DNA of 64,000 nucleotides from the human T2T-CHM13v2.0 reference genome, Homo sapiens: NCBI RefSeq assembly GCF_009914755.1, contig NC_060929.1; one strand, given 5' to 3'. The notes under the pieces were generated by a model, which had not been told where the DNA came from, searched no databases, and saw only the letters and a list, made by a program, of their open reading frames with translations. The position numbers and the translations under genes are program-made. This document shows, one piece after another, positions 1 through 13,740 of this stretch; position 1 is the stretch's first letter; every line of letters begins with the position of its first letter.

Positions 1-696
1 ATTTCTTCTAGGTTCTGTAGCTTGTGTGCATAGAGGTGTTCAGAATAGTCTCTGAGGTTTTTTGTATTTCTGTGGGGTGAGTGGAAGCATCTTCTTTGTC
101 ATTTCTGATTGTGTTCATTTGGATATTCTCTTTTTTCTTTATTAGTCAAACTTGTGATCTATCTAGCTTATTTTTTCAAAAAATCAGCTCCTGGATTTGT
201 TGATTTTTTTTGGTATGGTTTTTGGATCTCATTCAGCTTTGATTTTGGTTATTTCTTGTCTTCTGCTAGCTTTGGGGTTGGACTGCTGTTGGTTCTCTAG
301 TTCCTCTAGTTGTGATGTTAGGTTGCTAATTTGAAGCCTTTTTAGCTGTTTGGTATGTGCTTTTCATGCTATAAACTTCCCTCTTAACACTGCCTTAATC
401 ATGTCTCAGAGATGCTGGTATGTTGTATCTTTGTTCTCACTAATTTTAAAGAATTTCTTGAATGTTCTCTGAATTTCAGTCATTCAGAAGCAGGTTGTTT
501 AATTTCCATGTAATTATATGGTTTTGAGCAATTTTCTTAGTATTGATTTTTATTTTTGTTGTGCTGTGTTACAAGAGCATGGTTGATATAATTTTGTTTT
601 GTTTTTTTTTTGAATTTGCTGAATATTGTTTTAGATCCAATTGTGTGGTCAGTTATAGAGTATATGCCATGTGCAGGTAAGAAGAATATATATTCT

Positions 697-1037
697 GGGT
701 GGAGTGCAGTGGCTCACACCTGAAATCCCAGCACTTTGGGAGGCTGAAGCAGGCAGACCACTTGAGGTCAGGAGTTTAAGACCAGCCTGGCAAACATGGC
801 AAAACTCTGTCTCCACTAAAAAATACAAGAATTAGCTGGGTGTGATGGCACATGCCTGTAATCCCAGCTACTTGGGTGGCTAGGGCATGAGAATCACTTG
901 AACCTGGGAGGCAGAGGTTGCAGTGACCAAAATCATGCCACTGCACTCCAGCCTGGGCGACAGAGTGAGACTCTGCCTCAAAAAAAAAAGAAAAAAAGAA
1001 AAATAGAAAGAAAACAACAACAACAACAAAAAAAAAA
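697..1037 (+). mobile_element. AluS (Sx/Sz-like) inserted in L1 ORF2
   Basis: Dimeric Alu with an A/CAA-rich tail. Degenerate TSD aagaatatatattct (682-696) / aacagtgtatattct (1036-1050). Confidence 0.93.
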
Positions 1038-1654
1038 CAGTGTATATTCTACTGTTTTGGGGTGGAGTGTTCTGTAGATGTCTATTAGGTTTATTTGGTC
1101 AAATGTCAAGTTCAGGTCCTGAGTATCTTTGTTACTTTTCTGCCTCATTGGTCTGTCTAATACTGTCATTGGGATGTTGAGGTCTCCCATTATTATTGTG
1201 TGGTTATCTGTCTCTTTGTAGGTCTCTAAGAATTTGCATTATGGGTACAATTTAGGATTCATATATTTAGGATAGTTAAATCTTCTTGTTGAATCAAGCC
1301 CTTTACCATTATGTTATGCCCTTCTTTGTCTTTCTTAATCTTTGTTGGTTTAAAGCCTGTTTTGTCTGAAATTAGAATAACAACCCCTGCTTTTATCTGT
1401 TTTCCATTTGCTTGGAAGATTTTTCTCCATCCCTTTATTTTGAACCTATGGGTGTCATTGCATGTGAGATGAGTCTTTCAAGACAGCATACCATTGGGTC
1501 TTTCTTCTTCATCCAACTTGTTGCTCTGTGCCTTTTAATTGGGGCATTTACCCATTTACATTCAAAGTTAGTATTGAAATGTGCAAATTAGTTCTTGTCA
1601 TCCTGTTGTTAGCTGGTTATTATGCAGACTTGTTTAGGTGGTTGTTTTATAATG

Positions 1655-2062
1655 TCACTGATTAGTACTTAAGTGTGTTTCTGTAGTGGCTACTAATGGT
1701 CTTTCCTTTCCATGTTTAGCACTCCCTTCAAGACTTCTTGTAAGGTAGGTCTGCTGGTAACAAAATCCCTTAGCATTTGCTTGTCTGAAAAGGATCTTAT
1801 TTCTTTGTTTATGATGCTTAGTTTGGCTGGATATGATATTGTTGGTTAGAAATTCTTTTCCTGACAAATGCTGAATATAGGCCTTCAATCTCTTCTGGCT
1901 TGTAGTGTTTCTGCTGAAAGGTCCACTGTGAACCTGATGAGGTTCCCTTGTAGGTGACCTGCCCTTCTCTCTAGTTGCCTTTAACACTTTTTCTTTCATT
2001 TTGACCTTGTAGACTCTGGTGACTATGTGTCTTGGGGATGGTTGTCTTATACGGTGTCTCAC
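1655..2062 (-). pseudogene. L1 ORF1p C-terminal remnant, frameshifted
   Basis: The ORF-track peptide matches L1 ORF1p (RHIV..KVKMKEK.LKA.REKG) and then drifts out of frame. Confidence 0.8.
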
Positions 2063-4258
2063 AGAGGTTCTCTATATTTCCTGAATTTGAATGTTAGCCT
2101 CTCTAGCAAGGGTGGAGAAATTTTCATAAACAGTATCCTCAAATATGTTTTCTAAGGTTCATGCTTTCTTTCCCTGTCTTTCAGGGATGCCAACGAGTCA
2201 TAGATTTGGTCTCTTTACATAATCCCATATTTCTCAGAGGTTTTGTTCATTCTTCTTTATTGTTTTCTCTTTATGTTTGTCTGACTGAGTTATATCAGGC
2301 AGCTGGTCTTTAGGCTTTGAGATTCTTTCCTCAGCTTTGTTGACTCTGCTGTTAATATATGCAATTGTATTCTGAAATTCTTGAAGTGAGTTTTAAGGTT
2401 TTATCACCTCAGTTTGGTTCTTTCCTAAAATAGCCATTTCTTCTTTCATCTCCTGTATCATTTTATTGTGTTCCTAAGAATCCTTGGATTGGATTTCAAC
2501 TTTCTCCTAAATGTGGATGATCTTCTTTCCTATCCATGTTGTGAAATCTATTTCTGTCGTTTTAGCCATTTCAGCCCAGTTAACAGTTATTGCTTAGGAA
2601 CTAGTGTGGTCATTTGGAGGTAGGAAGAGAACTTTTGGAGTTGCCAGAGTTCTTGTGCTGATTCTTTCTCATCTGTGTGGGCTGATGTTCCTTCAGTCAT
2701 TGAAGTTGCTCTTCTTTAGATCTTTTTAAATCTTTTATCTTCTTTGATGTCCTTGGGGTCTTGATTGTGATATAAGATAGCTTCTGTCGACTGCTTCATT
2801 TCTGGCAGGTTTTAGAAGGTGAAGGCTCAGCTCAGCACTCCTGAGCTGTATGTTCTAACACTCAAGGGCTGGTATCAGGCCCCTGGCTTTGTTCTCTGGC
2901 CCCTCGAGGTTGGGAACCTGCTGCACTGGAGGGGCTGAGGTGTTCCTGAACCACTGGCCACAACACTCCAAAGGGTAGTACCAACCAAAATGCTTCATTG
3001 GGCAGTAGCAGCAGGAGCCATGCTCATCAGCTCATGCCAGCAGCAGAAACAGCACAGTGGGGTACATGCTTGTCAGCTGAGGCAGGTCACTGGGGGGCCC
3101 AGGGCTGGCAACCTCCATGCACATGTTCACTGTATTGGTGGGGGAACAAGGCAGGGAGTGAGCCCACTGGTGTCCCTGCACATGTTCACACCAGTGGTGG
3201 TGGCAGCACAGGAGGAGGGGGCTGTGGGGCTGCTGGTGTCCATGCGTGTGTTCACACTGGCAATGGGGGAACAGAAGTGTGACAATGAGTAGGGGGAGGT
3301 GGGTGTACTCACACTGGCAGTAATGGCATGATAAAGTGCACATTTACCCATGTACCAGTGGGGAGGGGGCACGAGGTCCATCTGTGCATGTGAACACTGG
3401 CAAAGCAATGGGGTGTGGCCATGGGCAGTAAGTGCCAGCAAATTGGCACGAGGGAGGCTACAATGAGGGGTGGGTGTGGGTGGGCCGGTGTGTGTCAGTG
3501 AGGGCCACTCTGCTGGAGCTCTCTGATGGTCAGGCATTTTCCATCAGTGGAGGACCTATGAGGGGGGCCCTGGGAGGTACCCCAGTTGGGTGTCTGAAAC
3601 TGCACTGCAAGCAGGCCAAGCCGGAGTCCCAGGAGAGGCCAGCAGACAGAAGAGCACTCATGTCAGACTGGCCCCATCTCACAGGCAAGATCAACCTGCT
3701 CTGTTCAAGTCCAACAGTTCTCCCAAGGCTAGAGTCTTCTAGGGGAGCAAAGTGAGCCTTGGGGGATGGGCATCACTGGCCATGCACCCCTACAGACATT
3801 CCTGATGGGCTCCACACAGGCTGGAGTCCTGCCCCTACTACCTCTCTAAGCAGCTCTCTCTGCCAGCTCAAGAGTCCATGGGAGTTATGGGGTCTCTTGC
3901 TGCCAGGATTCCAGAGGTCCATGGTGAGAGTGGGCTGCTCCATGCCTGCTCAATTCACTCCTTCCCTAGGAGTCGTTGGGGGCCAGGAATGAATCCTGGT
4001 GCACAATAGCCCCATGTAGGGTTGCCATCTTCCCCTTCTTCAGCCCAGCATCTGCGTCTTCCCTTTGTCCACTATCAATGCCTTCCTTCTGAGACCTGTT
4101 CAGAGGGTACTAGTCTTCCCAATGTCCCAGTCCCTCAGTGGCAGATGTTCCGCATAGCTATATCTAGTCAGCCATCTTGCCTTGACAGATCAACAAATTA
4201 TTTTAATATTTAAGACTTGCCTATTTGTTGTGGAAGGGGCTTTCCTGTGCATTGTAGG

Positions 4259-7200
4259 CATTGGGAGGAAAACTTTTCCTCTACCTACTTAGGTTCAACT
4301 ATTCAGGAGTCTGCATATTCAGTGACAATAGATAGACTCACAAGAGAAAACTAGGTTTATTTATAGATGCACCCAGGAGCACTCAATAAACAGTAATTCA
4401 CTGCATAGCCAGAAGTAAAAGCTTATATACCAGCTTAACAAAAAGGGAGGGGAGCTTCCACAGTGAAGTATGGAAGGTTCTATTGGGCTTTTAAATTTTT
4501 TTTAATTTTTAATTCTTATGGGTACATAACATGTGTATATATTTATGGGTTACATATGATATTTTGATACAGGCAGACAATATGTAATAATTACATCAGG
4601 GTAAATGGAGTATCCATCACCTCAAGAATTTATCATTTCTTTGTGTTGCAAACATTCCAATTATACCTTTTTAGTTATTTTAAAATGTACAATAATTATT
4701 GTTGACTGTAGTCACCCTGTTGTGGCACCACATACTTGATCTTATTCATTCTATCTAACTGTATTTCATACTCATTAATCATCTCTGCTCCCCTTGCTCC
4801 CTACTACCCTTACCAGCCTCTGGTAGCCATATTTCTACTCTCTATCTCTATGAGTTCGATTGTTTAAATTTTGCATCCCACAAATGAATGAGAACATGCA
4901 AAGTTTGTCGTTCTGTGCCAGGCTTAATTCACTTAACATTATTTCACGTAATAGTTCCATCCATGTTGTTGCAAATGACAGGATCTCATTCCTTTGTATG
5001 GCTGAATAGTACTCCATTGTGTATATGTACCACATTTTCTTTATCGATTCATCTGTTGATGGACACTTAGGTTACTTCCAAATCTTAGCTATGTAAACAG
5101 TGTGGCAATAAACATGGGACAGCAGATATCTCTTTGATATACTGATTTCCTTTCCTTTGGATAAATACCCAGTAGTGGAGTTGCTGGATCATATGGCCAT
5201 TCTATGTTTAGTTTCTTGAGGAACTTCCATACTGTTCTCCATAGAAGCTGTACTAATTTACATTCCTACCAACAGTGTACGAGCATTCCCTTTACTCCAC
5301 ATCCTTGCCAGCATTTGTTATTGCCTATCTTCTGTGGGGGAAAAAAGCCATTGTTAGTGAGTTGAGATAATATCTCACTGCAGTTTTGGTTTGCATTTCT
5401 CTGAGGATCAGTGATGTTGTGTACCTTTTATATGTCTGTTTGCCATTTGTATGTCTTCTTCTAAGAAGTGTCTATTCAGATCTTTTGCAAATGTGTTAAT
5501 CAGATTATTAGATTTTTTCCTACTGAGTTGTCTGAGCTCCTTATATACTCTGGTTATTAATCCTTTGTCAGATGGATAGTTTGCAAATTTTTTTCCTATT
5601 ATGTGGTTGTCAGTTCACTTTGTTCATTGTTTCCTTTGCTGTGCAGAAGGTTTTAAACTTTATGTAATCTTATTTGTTCATTTTTGTTTTGGTTGCCTGT
5701 GCTTTTGGGGTATTATTCAAAAAATCTTTGCCCAAACCAATGTGCTAGAGAGTTTCCCAATTTTTTCTTTATGTTGTTTCATAGTCTTCAAGTCTTAGAT
5801 TTAAGTCTTTAATCCATTTTTTTATTTGATTTTGTATATGATGAGAGATAGGGCCACATAATTTCATTCTTCTGCATATGCATATCCAGTTTTCCCAGTA
5901 CCACTTATTTAAGAGACTATCCTTTCTACAATGTATGTTCTTGGCACCTTTGTCAAAAATGAGTTCACTGTAGATGTATGGATTTATTTTTGCGTTCTCT
6001 ATTCTGTTCTATTGGTTTATGTATCTGTTTCTATGCCAGTACCATGCTGTTTTGGTTACTATAGCTCTGTAGCACAACTGGAAGTCAGGTAATATGATTC
6101 CTCTAGCCTTATGCTTTTAGCTCAGCATAGGTTTCACTATTCTGGGTCTTTTGTGGTTTGATGTAAATTTTAGGATTTTTTTCTATTTCTGTGAAGAATG
6201 TTATTGGTATTTTGATAGGGATTGCCTTAAATCTGTAGATTGCTACAAGTAGTATGGGCATTTTAATAATATTGGTTCTTCCCATCCATGAACATGGAAT
6301 ATCATTGCATTTTTTGTGTCCTCTTCAATTTCTTGCATCATTATTTTCATTGCAGAGATCTTTCACTTCTTTGGTTAAGTTTATTCCTAGTTATCATATT
6401 TTATTTGTACCTATTGTAAATGGGATTCGTTTCTTTATTTTTTTCCAGATTGTTCAATGTTGGCATACAGAAATGCTGCTGCTTTTTGAATACTGATTTC
6501 GCATCCTGCAACTTTACTGAATTTGTTTATTAGCTCTAATAGTTTTTTGGTGGAGTCTTTAGATTTTTCCTAATATAATGTCATATCATCTGTAAACAAG
6601 GATAATTTGACTTCTTCCTTTCCAATTCAGATACCCTTTCTTTTTCTCATCTGATTGCTCTAGCTGGGACTTACAGTACTGTGTTGAATAACAGTGGTGA
6701 CAGTAAGCATCTTTGTTGTGTTCCAGATCTTGGAGGAAAGGCTTTTAGTTTTTCCCCATTCAGTATGATACTAGCTGGGGGTCTGTTGTACATGGCTTTT
6801 CTTGTGTTGAGGTATGTTCCCTCTATACCCAGATTTTTAGTGTTTTTATCATGAAGGGATGTTGAATTTTACCAAATGCTTTGTCAGCATCAATTGAAAT
6901 GATCATATCATTTTTGTCTTTCATTTATTGATATGATGTGTCAAATTGATTGATTTGCATATATTGAACCATCCTTGCACCCCTTGGATAAATCCCACTT
7001 AGTCATGACTAATGATCTTTTTAATGTGTTGTCAAGTTCAGTTTGCTAGTATTTTGTTGAGGATTTTTGCATCAATATTCATTAGAGAAGTTGGCCTATA
7101 GCTTTTTTTTTTTAATGTTTCTTTGTCTGGTTTTGGTATCAGAGTAGTACTGGCCTCATAGAATGAATTTGAAGGTGTTCCCTACCCCTCTATGTTTTGG

Positions 7201-9115
7201 GATAATTTGGGTAGAATTACTATTAGCTCTTCTTTAAATGTCTGGCAAAATTCAGCAGTGAAGCCATTAGGTCACAGGCTTTACTTTGCTGGGAGACTTT
7301 TTATTACAGCTTTTATATCTATTCAGATATTGATCCATTCAGATATTGGATTTCTTCATGGTTCAATCTTGGTAGTTGTATGTTTCCAGAAATTTATCCA
7401 TTTCTTCAAGATTTTCCAATTTATCGACATACAGTTGCTCATAGTAGTTGCCAATGGTCCTTTGAATTTCTGTGGTATCAGCTGTAATGTCTCCTTTTTT
7501 AGCTCTGATTTTATTTATCTGAGTCTTCTTTCTTTTTTTTTTAGGTAGTCTGGCTAAAAGTTGTTGATTTTATGTTTCCAAATAACCAACTTTTTGTTTC
7601 ATTGATGTTTTGTATTATTTTTTGTTTCAATTTTATTTACTTTTCATCTGATATTTATTATTTCTTTTCTTCTGCTAATTTCAGTTTCGGTTTGCTCTTG
7701 CTTTCCTAATTCTTTAAGAAGCATCATTGGGCTGTTTATTTGAAGTATTTTTAGGTTTTTTGTTTTTTTGGTTTTTTTTTTTTTTTTTGGTTTGGTTTGG
7801 TTTTTCTTGTAGGTGCTTATTGCCACAAACTTTCCTCTTAGTATTGCTTTTGCTGTGTCTCATAGGTTTTGGTATATTGTATTTGGGGTTTCATTTTTTT
7901 TTGAGACTTTTTAAATTTTCTTCTTAATTTCTTCATTGACCTGCTATTCGTTCTGGAGCATATTGTTTAATTTCCATGTGTTTGTACAGTTTCCAAAATT
8001 TCTCTTATAATTAATTTCTGGTTTCATTCCATTGTAGTCAGAGAAGATACTTGATATAATTACAGTTCTTTTGAATTTTTTAAGACTTGTTTTGTGGCCT
8101 AACATACGATATATTCTTGAGAATAATCCATGTCCTGAGAAGACGTACATTCTGTAGCTGTTGGATAAAATGTTCTGTAAATATCTATTAGATCCATTTG
8201 GTCTATAGTGCAGATTACGTTCAATGTTCCTTTGTTGATTTTCTGCCTGGCTGATCTGTCCATTGCTGAAAGTGGGGTGTAGAAGTCTCCAGCTATTATT
8301 GTATTGGAGTCTATCTCTGTCTTTAGCTCTAATAATATTTGCCTTAGATATCTGGGTGTTCCAGTATTGGGTGCATATATATTTATAATTGTTATATTCT
8401 CTTGCTGAATTGACCCCTTCATCATTATATAACGACCTTCTTTGTCTCTTTTTATACTTTTTGTCTTAAAACCTATTTTGTCTGATATAAGTATAGCTAC
8501 TCCTGCTTTTTTCTGTTTCCATTTGCATAAAGTATCTTTTTCTTTTAGTCTATGTGTGTCTTTCTAGGTGAAGTGTGTTTCTTGTAGACGACAGATCAAT
8601 GGGTCTTATTTTTTAATCTATTCAGGCACTCTGTGTCTTTTGATTGGGGAATTTGGTCTATTTATATTCAATGTTACTGCTTATAAGTAAGGACTTACTG
8701 CTGCCATTTTGTTATTTATTTCCTAATTGTTTTTTGGTCTCTTCCTTTCTTCTTCTTTTCTGTCTTCCTTTGTCAAGGTGGTTTTCTCCAATGGTATGTT
8801 TTAATTTCTCATTTTTTATTTATTTGTTATCTGTTGTAGGTTTTTAGATTTGAGGCTACCAAGAGGTTTGCAAATAACATCTTATAACCCATTATTTTAA
8901 ACTCTGTTGGGCTTTCTGATGCTAATCGCAGCTGAGTTTTCACTTTCAGTGCTAAGGATAAGTTCTCTCACAAACAGGCAACTTCCTCTGAGAGGGGCCA
9001 ATGGCAGTTATATTTTCAGGAGGCTCTGCTTCATGTTTCTGTAGCTACTGAATGTTCAGATGTTTTCATGTAACATGATTATCATGCCACTTTGGTGGGG
9101 CTGTTAATCCCTTCA
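4259..9115 (-). mobile_element. Solo ERV1 (MER4-group; MER31/MER67-like) LTR in two pieces, 4259-4491 and 8903-9115
   Basis: 4-bp TSD TAGG (4255-4258 / 9116-9119). Right end is ...cccttCA. Antisense poly(A)-signal region reads ggtttattta. Family uncertain. Confidence 0.7.
4492..8902 (-). mobile_element. L1MA (MA2-MA4-like), 5'-truncated, covering decayed ORF2 and the 3'UTR
   Basis: ORF2 remnants MKGSIQQENITIINIYAPNTG (8099-8425) and MWYIYTMEYYSAI (4835-5035). T-rich tail at 4492. TSD tctattgggcttt (4479-4491) / tctgttgggcttt (8903-8915). Confidence 0.92.
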
Positions 9116-9547
9116 TAGGATTTTTAGCTGCATCTCTGGCCTCTACCCACTAGACACTAGTAGAAACACCATCTTCCCTCAGCGTAACAACTAAAATGTC
9201 TCCAGCGAGGCCAAATGTCCCCTGGGGAAGGTGGAGCAAAATTGTCTCTGATTAAGAACCACTACTCTGAGATTTTTAAAAGTAGAATTAAGGAGAGAAA
9301 ACACTGATAGATTGAAACCATAATTCTCAATCATACAATTTAATTCTGAACAATTATCTCTTGACTCCATGCCACGAAAAATGAAAAAAACTGATGCTTT
9401 TGATCCCTTCCACATTCCTTACCTCCAACTCCCAAAACTGGTTACCCATTATTTTTATATTTTCAAGATTTTAAACCCTTACATTTTATTCTGTAACTCT
9501 AATTCCAACAATTAGTAACCTAATAAAATAAATTCAGGTTCACCCCG

Positions 9548-9968
9548 TGTATTAGTATGATCTCGCATTGCTATAAAGAAATACCTAAGACTGGATAATT
9601 TATTTTTTAAAAAGAGGTTTAATTTGCTTTTGGTTCTGCCAGCTGTACAGGAAGCATAGCAACATCTGCTTCTAGGGAAGCCTCAGGAAGCTTCCAATTG
9701 TAGCAGAAGGCAAAGGGGGAGCTGTGAAATCACATGGTGAAAGAAGGCACAAGAGAGCAAAGGGGGAGGTGCTACACATTTTTAAAAGACCAGATCTCAT
9801 GAGCACTCACTCACTATCACAAGGACAGCACTACGAGGGATGACGTTAAGCCATTCATGAGAAATCCATCCCCATGATCCAATCACCTCCCACTAGTCCC
9901 CACCATCAACATTAGGGGTTACATTTCAATATGAGATTTGAGTGGGGTCACAGATCCAAACTATATCA
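9548..9968 (-). mobile_element. MSTA-like MaLR solo LTR
   Basis: tgtattagt...gcattgctataaagaaatacct...cccatgatccaatcacctcccac...cagatccaaactatatca. Confidence 0.88.
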
Positions 9969-10064
9969 CTGCATGTCCTTTACCACACTTCTCTATTTAT
10001 TGCTGTGTTCATGAAGCCGATGTTCAATGGGATGTGTCCTGCTATCTCAGAGTTAGAAAAGCCT

Positions 10065-11240
10065 CCAAATTGTACAACAATATGAAATACTCCCACATTC
10101 TAAAGAGAATTACTGTACCAAGGAACCCAGATACTCCCTCTAGCACTGACAAGAGAGATGGCAGTTCCAGCCCTGCCCCAGTCTCTTGCTCCAGTCTACA
10201 TATGCCAAAGATAAAGAACTCAAGGAAGATTGTGGGATCAGCTAGGAGGATTGTATTGTGCTCTTTCTCCTCAACACTCAGCCCCAGATACACACATAAG
10301 CAGGAAGCCAAAGTAGGGGATGATGCAAGAATCATAGATAGATATTTGTGATGCCTGAAAAAATCTGAAACAAGCCTCTTATTCCCTTTTGAGCATCTAC
10401 TTCTACTGTGCACTTGCTGATCTTCTGCTCTGGGTCTAACTGAGGTTGAGAAAAAGAGATCTGGAAAAAGAAAGCAAGGCAGAAAGCTCAGGTGGTGCTG
10501 CAGCAACTTGTACTCCAGAGATTTAAGTAGCAAGATTCATGAGTTTTCTAGGAGTCAGCCCATGAAGTAGTCAGTTTGTGCCATCTCAGTAGTACCCTGT
10601 CTAAAGGGACAGCCTGCCAGGCAAAAGAATTCCAGAAGCAAGAGGCTGTGGAGTAGACCACCAGAGGTAGTAGCTCAGCTGAAATCAGAAGAGGTCTTGC
10701 CAGAGCATCATTTGTCTGTGCAGGAGGAGGTCCTTAAAGGACCTTCCCCAAAAATCCACACATGCACCTCTCCAGAATGCCAGCATGTGGACCTCAGTCA
10801 CACAGAGTGAATCAAAGGCAATAGCAACCTAAAAGACATCCAAAGCCACTGCCTAAGTGATGTTCACCCCATTTCCTCCATCTTTCCTTCTCACCACAAC
10901 ACACTAGAGGAGAAAGAGACTCAGAAAAAAAGAATGTACAAGGGAAGGAAGACACAAGAAGGAAAAGGAAAGAAGGAAAAAGAACCTTTGCCATGAGTGC
11001 CAAACCTTAGAGTAAGAAGAAAGAAAATGAGAGTTAAATTGAATATATGAGATTGAAGAAACTCCACGGGATTTTGGATAATTGAAGTTATTGGAAAAGT
11101 GGTAGGATCAGACCAAGATATTCTTAAAAGAACAAGAAAGAAAGATTTGACTGGGACAGTTGAAGACAGTTTTGAAGAATGTGAGGAAAGATTTTGTCCT
11201 TGGAAATTGCAAGCTCAAACTAGTCAATAATCTGGTTATA
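10065..11240 (+). mobile_element. Possible very old LTR (MamGyp/LTR78-88-like)
   Basis: Composition plus a terminal gtcaataatctggttata resembling old LTR 3' ends. No TSD is visible. Confidence 0.3.
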
Positions 11241-12260
11241 TTTATTTTGTATCATCTCTTGATCCACTGGATTTCTTTTTTCTGAGGACTTCTATGTACT
11301 CCATTGCCTAAGTACTTGCATTGCTGAGATATCTGTTGCCTTCACGTTTGAACTTGCATGGTTAATAAATTAATTCATAACACTTTGTTTTCTTCAGAAC
11401 ATTGCTGGCATTTCTTCACCATCTTTTGGCATTGAACACTGCTGTGAAGAAGCCTGACGTCAGCCAGACTTTCCCCTTATTTGTGGTATAATTTCTTTTC
11501 TTCATACCACATAAATCTTTATCTTGTATTCAGTAACTTTTCAGGATATGACTTGGTGTTCATTGTGTTCTATCGATCTTTACTGGCTCATGCTGTTACC
11601 CTTCATTGTGCTGATTCAACTTTTTATTGCAAGAAATGTCATCTTTTATATAATTGAAATCATTTCTGTTCCATCTGTTTCATTCTCTTTCTCAGAAATG
11701 TCAACTCATTCATATTGGATTTCCTTTGTGTTTCTTCCATATCCAGTACTTTGTCTATAATCTTTGTATGTCTTTGTTTTTTTTCCATTTCATTTTGGGT
11801 GTTGTCAAACCTGCTGCTATATACATAACTGTATTATCAGTCAAATTTATTCTTTCTGTATTGTTTTTCCTTCTATTTGTCTTAGTTCATTGCCCATCTT
11901 TTTCTCTTGCCTTTCCATTTTTCTCTGAATCTTTCTATTTCTTCGTTGAAATATTTTTCTCTGGCTATAATTTTTGTTATGGACAATTTCTTTGAGACTC
12001 TATAGAAAAACTTATCTGTACCTTTTCTTTAATTCTATAGGCAATTCCTCTTGTGGCATGCTTTACAACCAGCCTTTTAAAATTTGTTTATCTCCTTCCC
12101 ATTCCATTCTTTTTTCTTCTCCTTGGTATAATTATAATTATCATAACAATAATAATTATTATTTGGCAGAGTCTCTCCATAGGGCTCCATTCTTTGAATG
12201 GCTTGCTGGTTCATGCGTGATTTTGCTGAAGAAAATGTGGTGTGGGTGACATGCTAAATC
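11240..12260 (-). mobile_element. Highly decayed L1M/HAL1 ORF1-region fragment
   Basis: T-rich stretch containing ctgctgtgaagaagcctgacgtcagccagacttt, typical of antisense L1M/HAL1. Confidence 0.5.
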
Positions 12261-13740
12261 TTCCTATCCTGTGCCTTGGGCACTGCTCCCCTAAGTTTTA
12301 CACCGACAGAAACTTCTAATGGACATTGCTCTCTTTACTTCACCTCTGAGGATTTCCCTCAACCTAAAGTTTAGAGCGTCCATTGAAGCTTTTTAAAGAG
12401 AAGAATACTGACAACTGTATCTGGAAATGAGTGACCTAAGAGGCAAGGTACAGAATGTAGAAGAGGAATGAAGGCAGGGAAAATAATGACTTTAGTGACT
12501 ATCAGTTTTAGTGTGCCATCCCCATCCCTAACATATCTCAGCAACACATAAAACTGCATTCTCATACAAAGTTTTAGCCTTTTTTTAGGAATAAAAAAGA
12601 GTGAAATGAAAGCATTACACTGAGGAATTCATACATATAGACAATGCTCTCTGTCTGCCCACAGCACAGCTCAGTCACTGCATCAAAGATTGGAGGAGTA
12701 GAAGCAGTATACATGTAGCAGGCTTAGAAGAAAGCCAACCAAACTAGGCCCCTCTGCAGATGACATCAGAGGCATCCTATTGCTTAATATTGGCTAATGC
12801 AGTTCAAAGCATTCCCCAGATCTCCCTCCCCAATTTGTACCTCTGACTTTTCTTCAACTTATAAGAAATCGAATGGGTGGAATTTTCCATGCCAGTTTAT
12901 ACTTCCTAGAAGTACACTTAGAAAGGTTGGGGTCAGGCAGAGGAGGGAGAATTATATGCCATGCTTCTCATGGCCAGTTTTCCATTTCATAAATACGTTG
13001 GAATTAGGAGGATGGAGGGACATTATAACTTCCTCAATGGAAATGAAACATTTCACTTATTGAATGCCATTTCTTATCCAAGATTCAAAAATTCCTAAAA
13101 GTCAAAGTCGCTAGGACAATGATAAGATGATGAAGATCATCATGTCCAATAATTCAGTTTATCAATAACCCAAGGAAAGGTAAGAACCCAGACCAACTAG
13201 GATCCCTAGGCTTATGTTCTACTACATCAGATGCTATTCCTTGCCTACAGGAAAATATGAATACATGAAAGAACAAGCTACTATCCTTATTAAAGGATAG
13301 GAAAAACACATTAGCAGAGGAGCCCTTCCTGAATTTTCAGGAAAGGAAAGCCCATGGCTATTGCAGCTTGCTTCAATCAGGTATTTTTCAGAGGAGTAGA
13401 GCTTGGCAGAGTGACTGTGATCTTCTCATGCAGAGGTGTGGGCAGCCCAGTTCACCTCCTCAGCTGCTTTAAGCTGAGCTGGGCCCACCTCAAATGTTAC
13501 TCCTTCTAGGAATCTTCTCAGATGCACCAAGCTGTGATTAATTCTGTGTCCCTGAAACCAAGTAGCCTGTTGTTTACACCTGTACAGCAGCCTATGTCAG
13601 TGCTTGCCTAAGCACTATTTATGCATCTAGTGACATGATTATGTTAATCACTGAAAGGCAAGAGTCAGGCCAGTTTTTCAATGGCTATTTAACATATCAT
13701 ATAATGCACACTAGTGAAGTGCTAGACTGTATTCCACTTC

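Larger units (their letters stand above)
1..4185 (-). mobile_element. Old primate LINE-1 (L1PA13-16/L1PB-like), 5' half: 5'UTR, ORF1 and the start of ORF2; runs off the window edge
   Basis: The minus strand begins CAAGATGGCTGACTAG (~4180). A GC-rich 5'UTR spans ~2800-4185. ORF1 remnant PSPRHIVTRVYKVKMKEKVLKATREKG. ORF2 start ATG at 1601 reads MTRTNLHISILTLNVNG. Endonuclease remnant DLNLTFDQINLIDIYRTLHPKT lies at 1040-1190. Confidence 0.9.
4224..9264 (-). mobile_element. MER20 (hAT-Charlie) in two pieces, 4224-4258 and 9116-9264
   Basis: ttgttgtggaaggggctttcctgtgcattgtagg joins (tagg)atttttagctgcatctctggcctctacccactag...aaatgtcccctgggg...aagaaccact, giving contiguous MER20 consensus. Confidence 0.85.

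Noticed and set aside
2990-4213. Overlapping 60-136 aa ORFs on both strands
   Set aside because: They lie in the GC-rich L1 5'UTR, where stops are scarce, and show no recognisable protein motifs.
9938-10533. 137-aa (+) and 163-aa (-) ORFs
   Set aside because: They start at non-ATG codons, overlap LTR-derived or probable repeat sequence, and have no domain similarity I can recognise.
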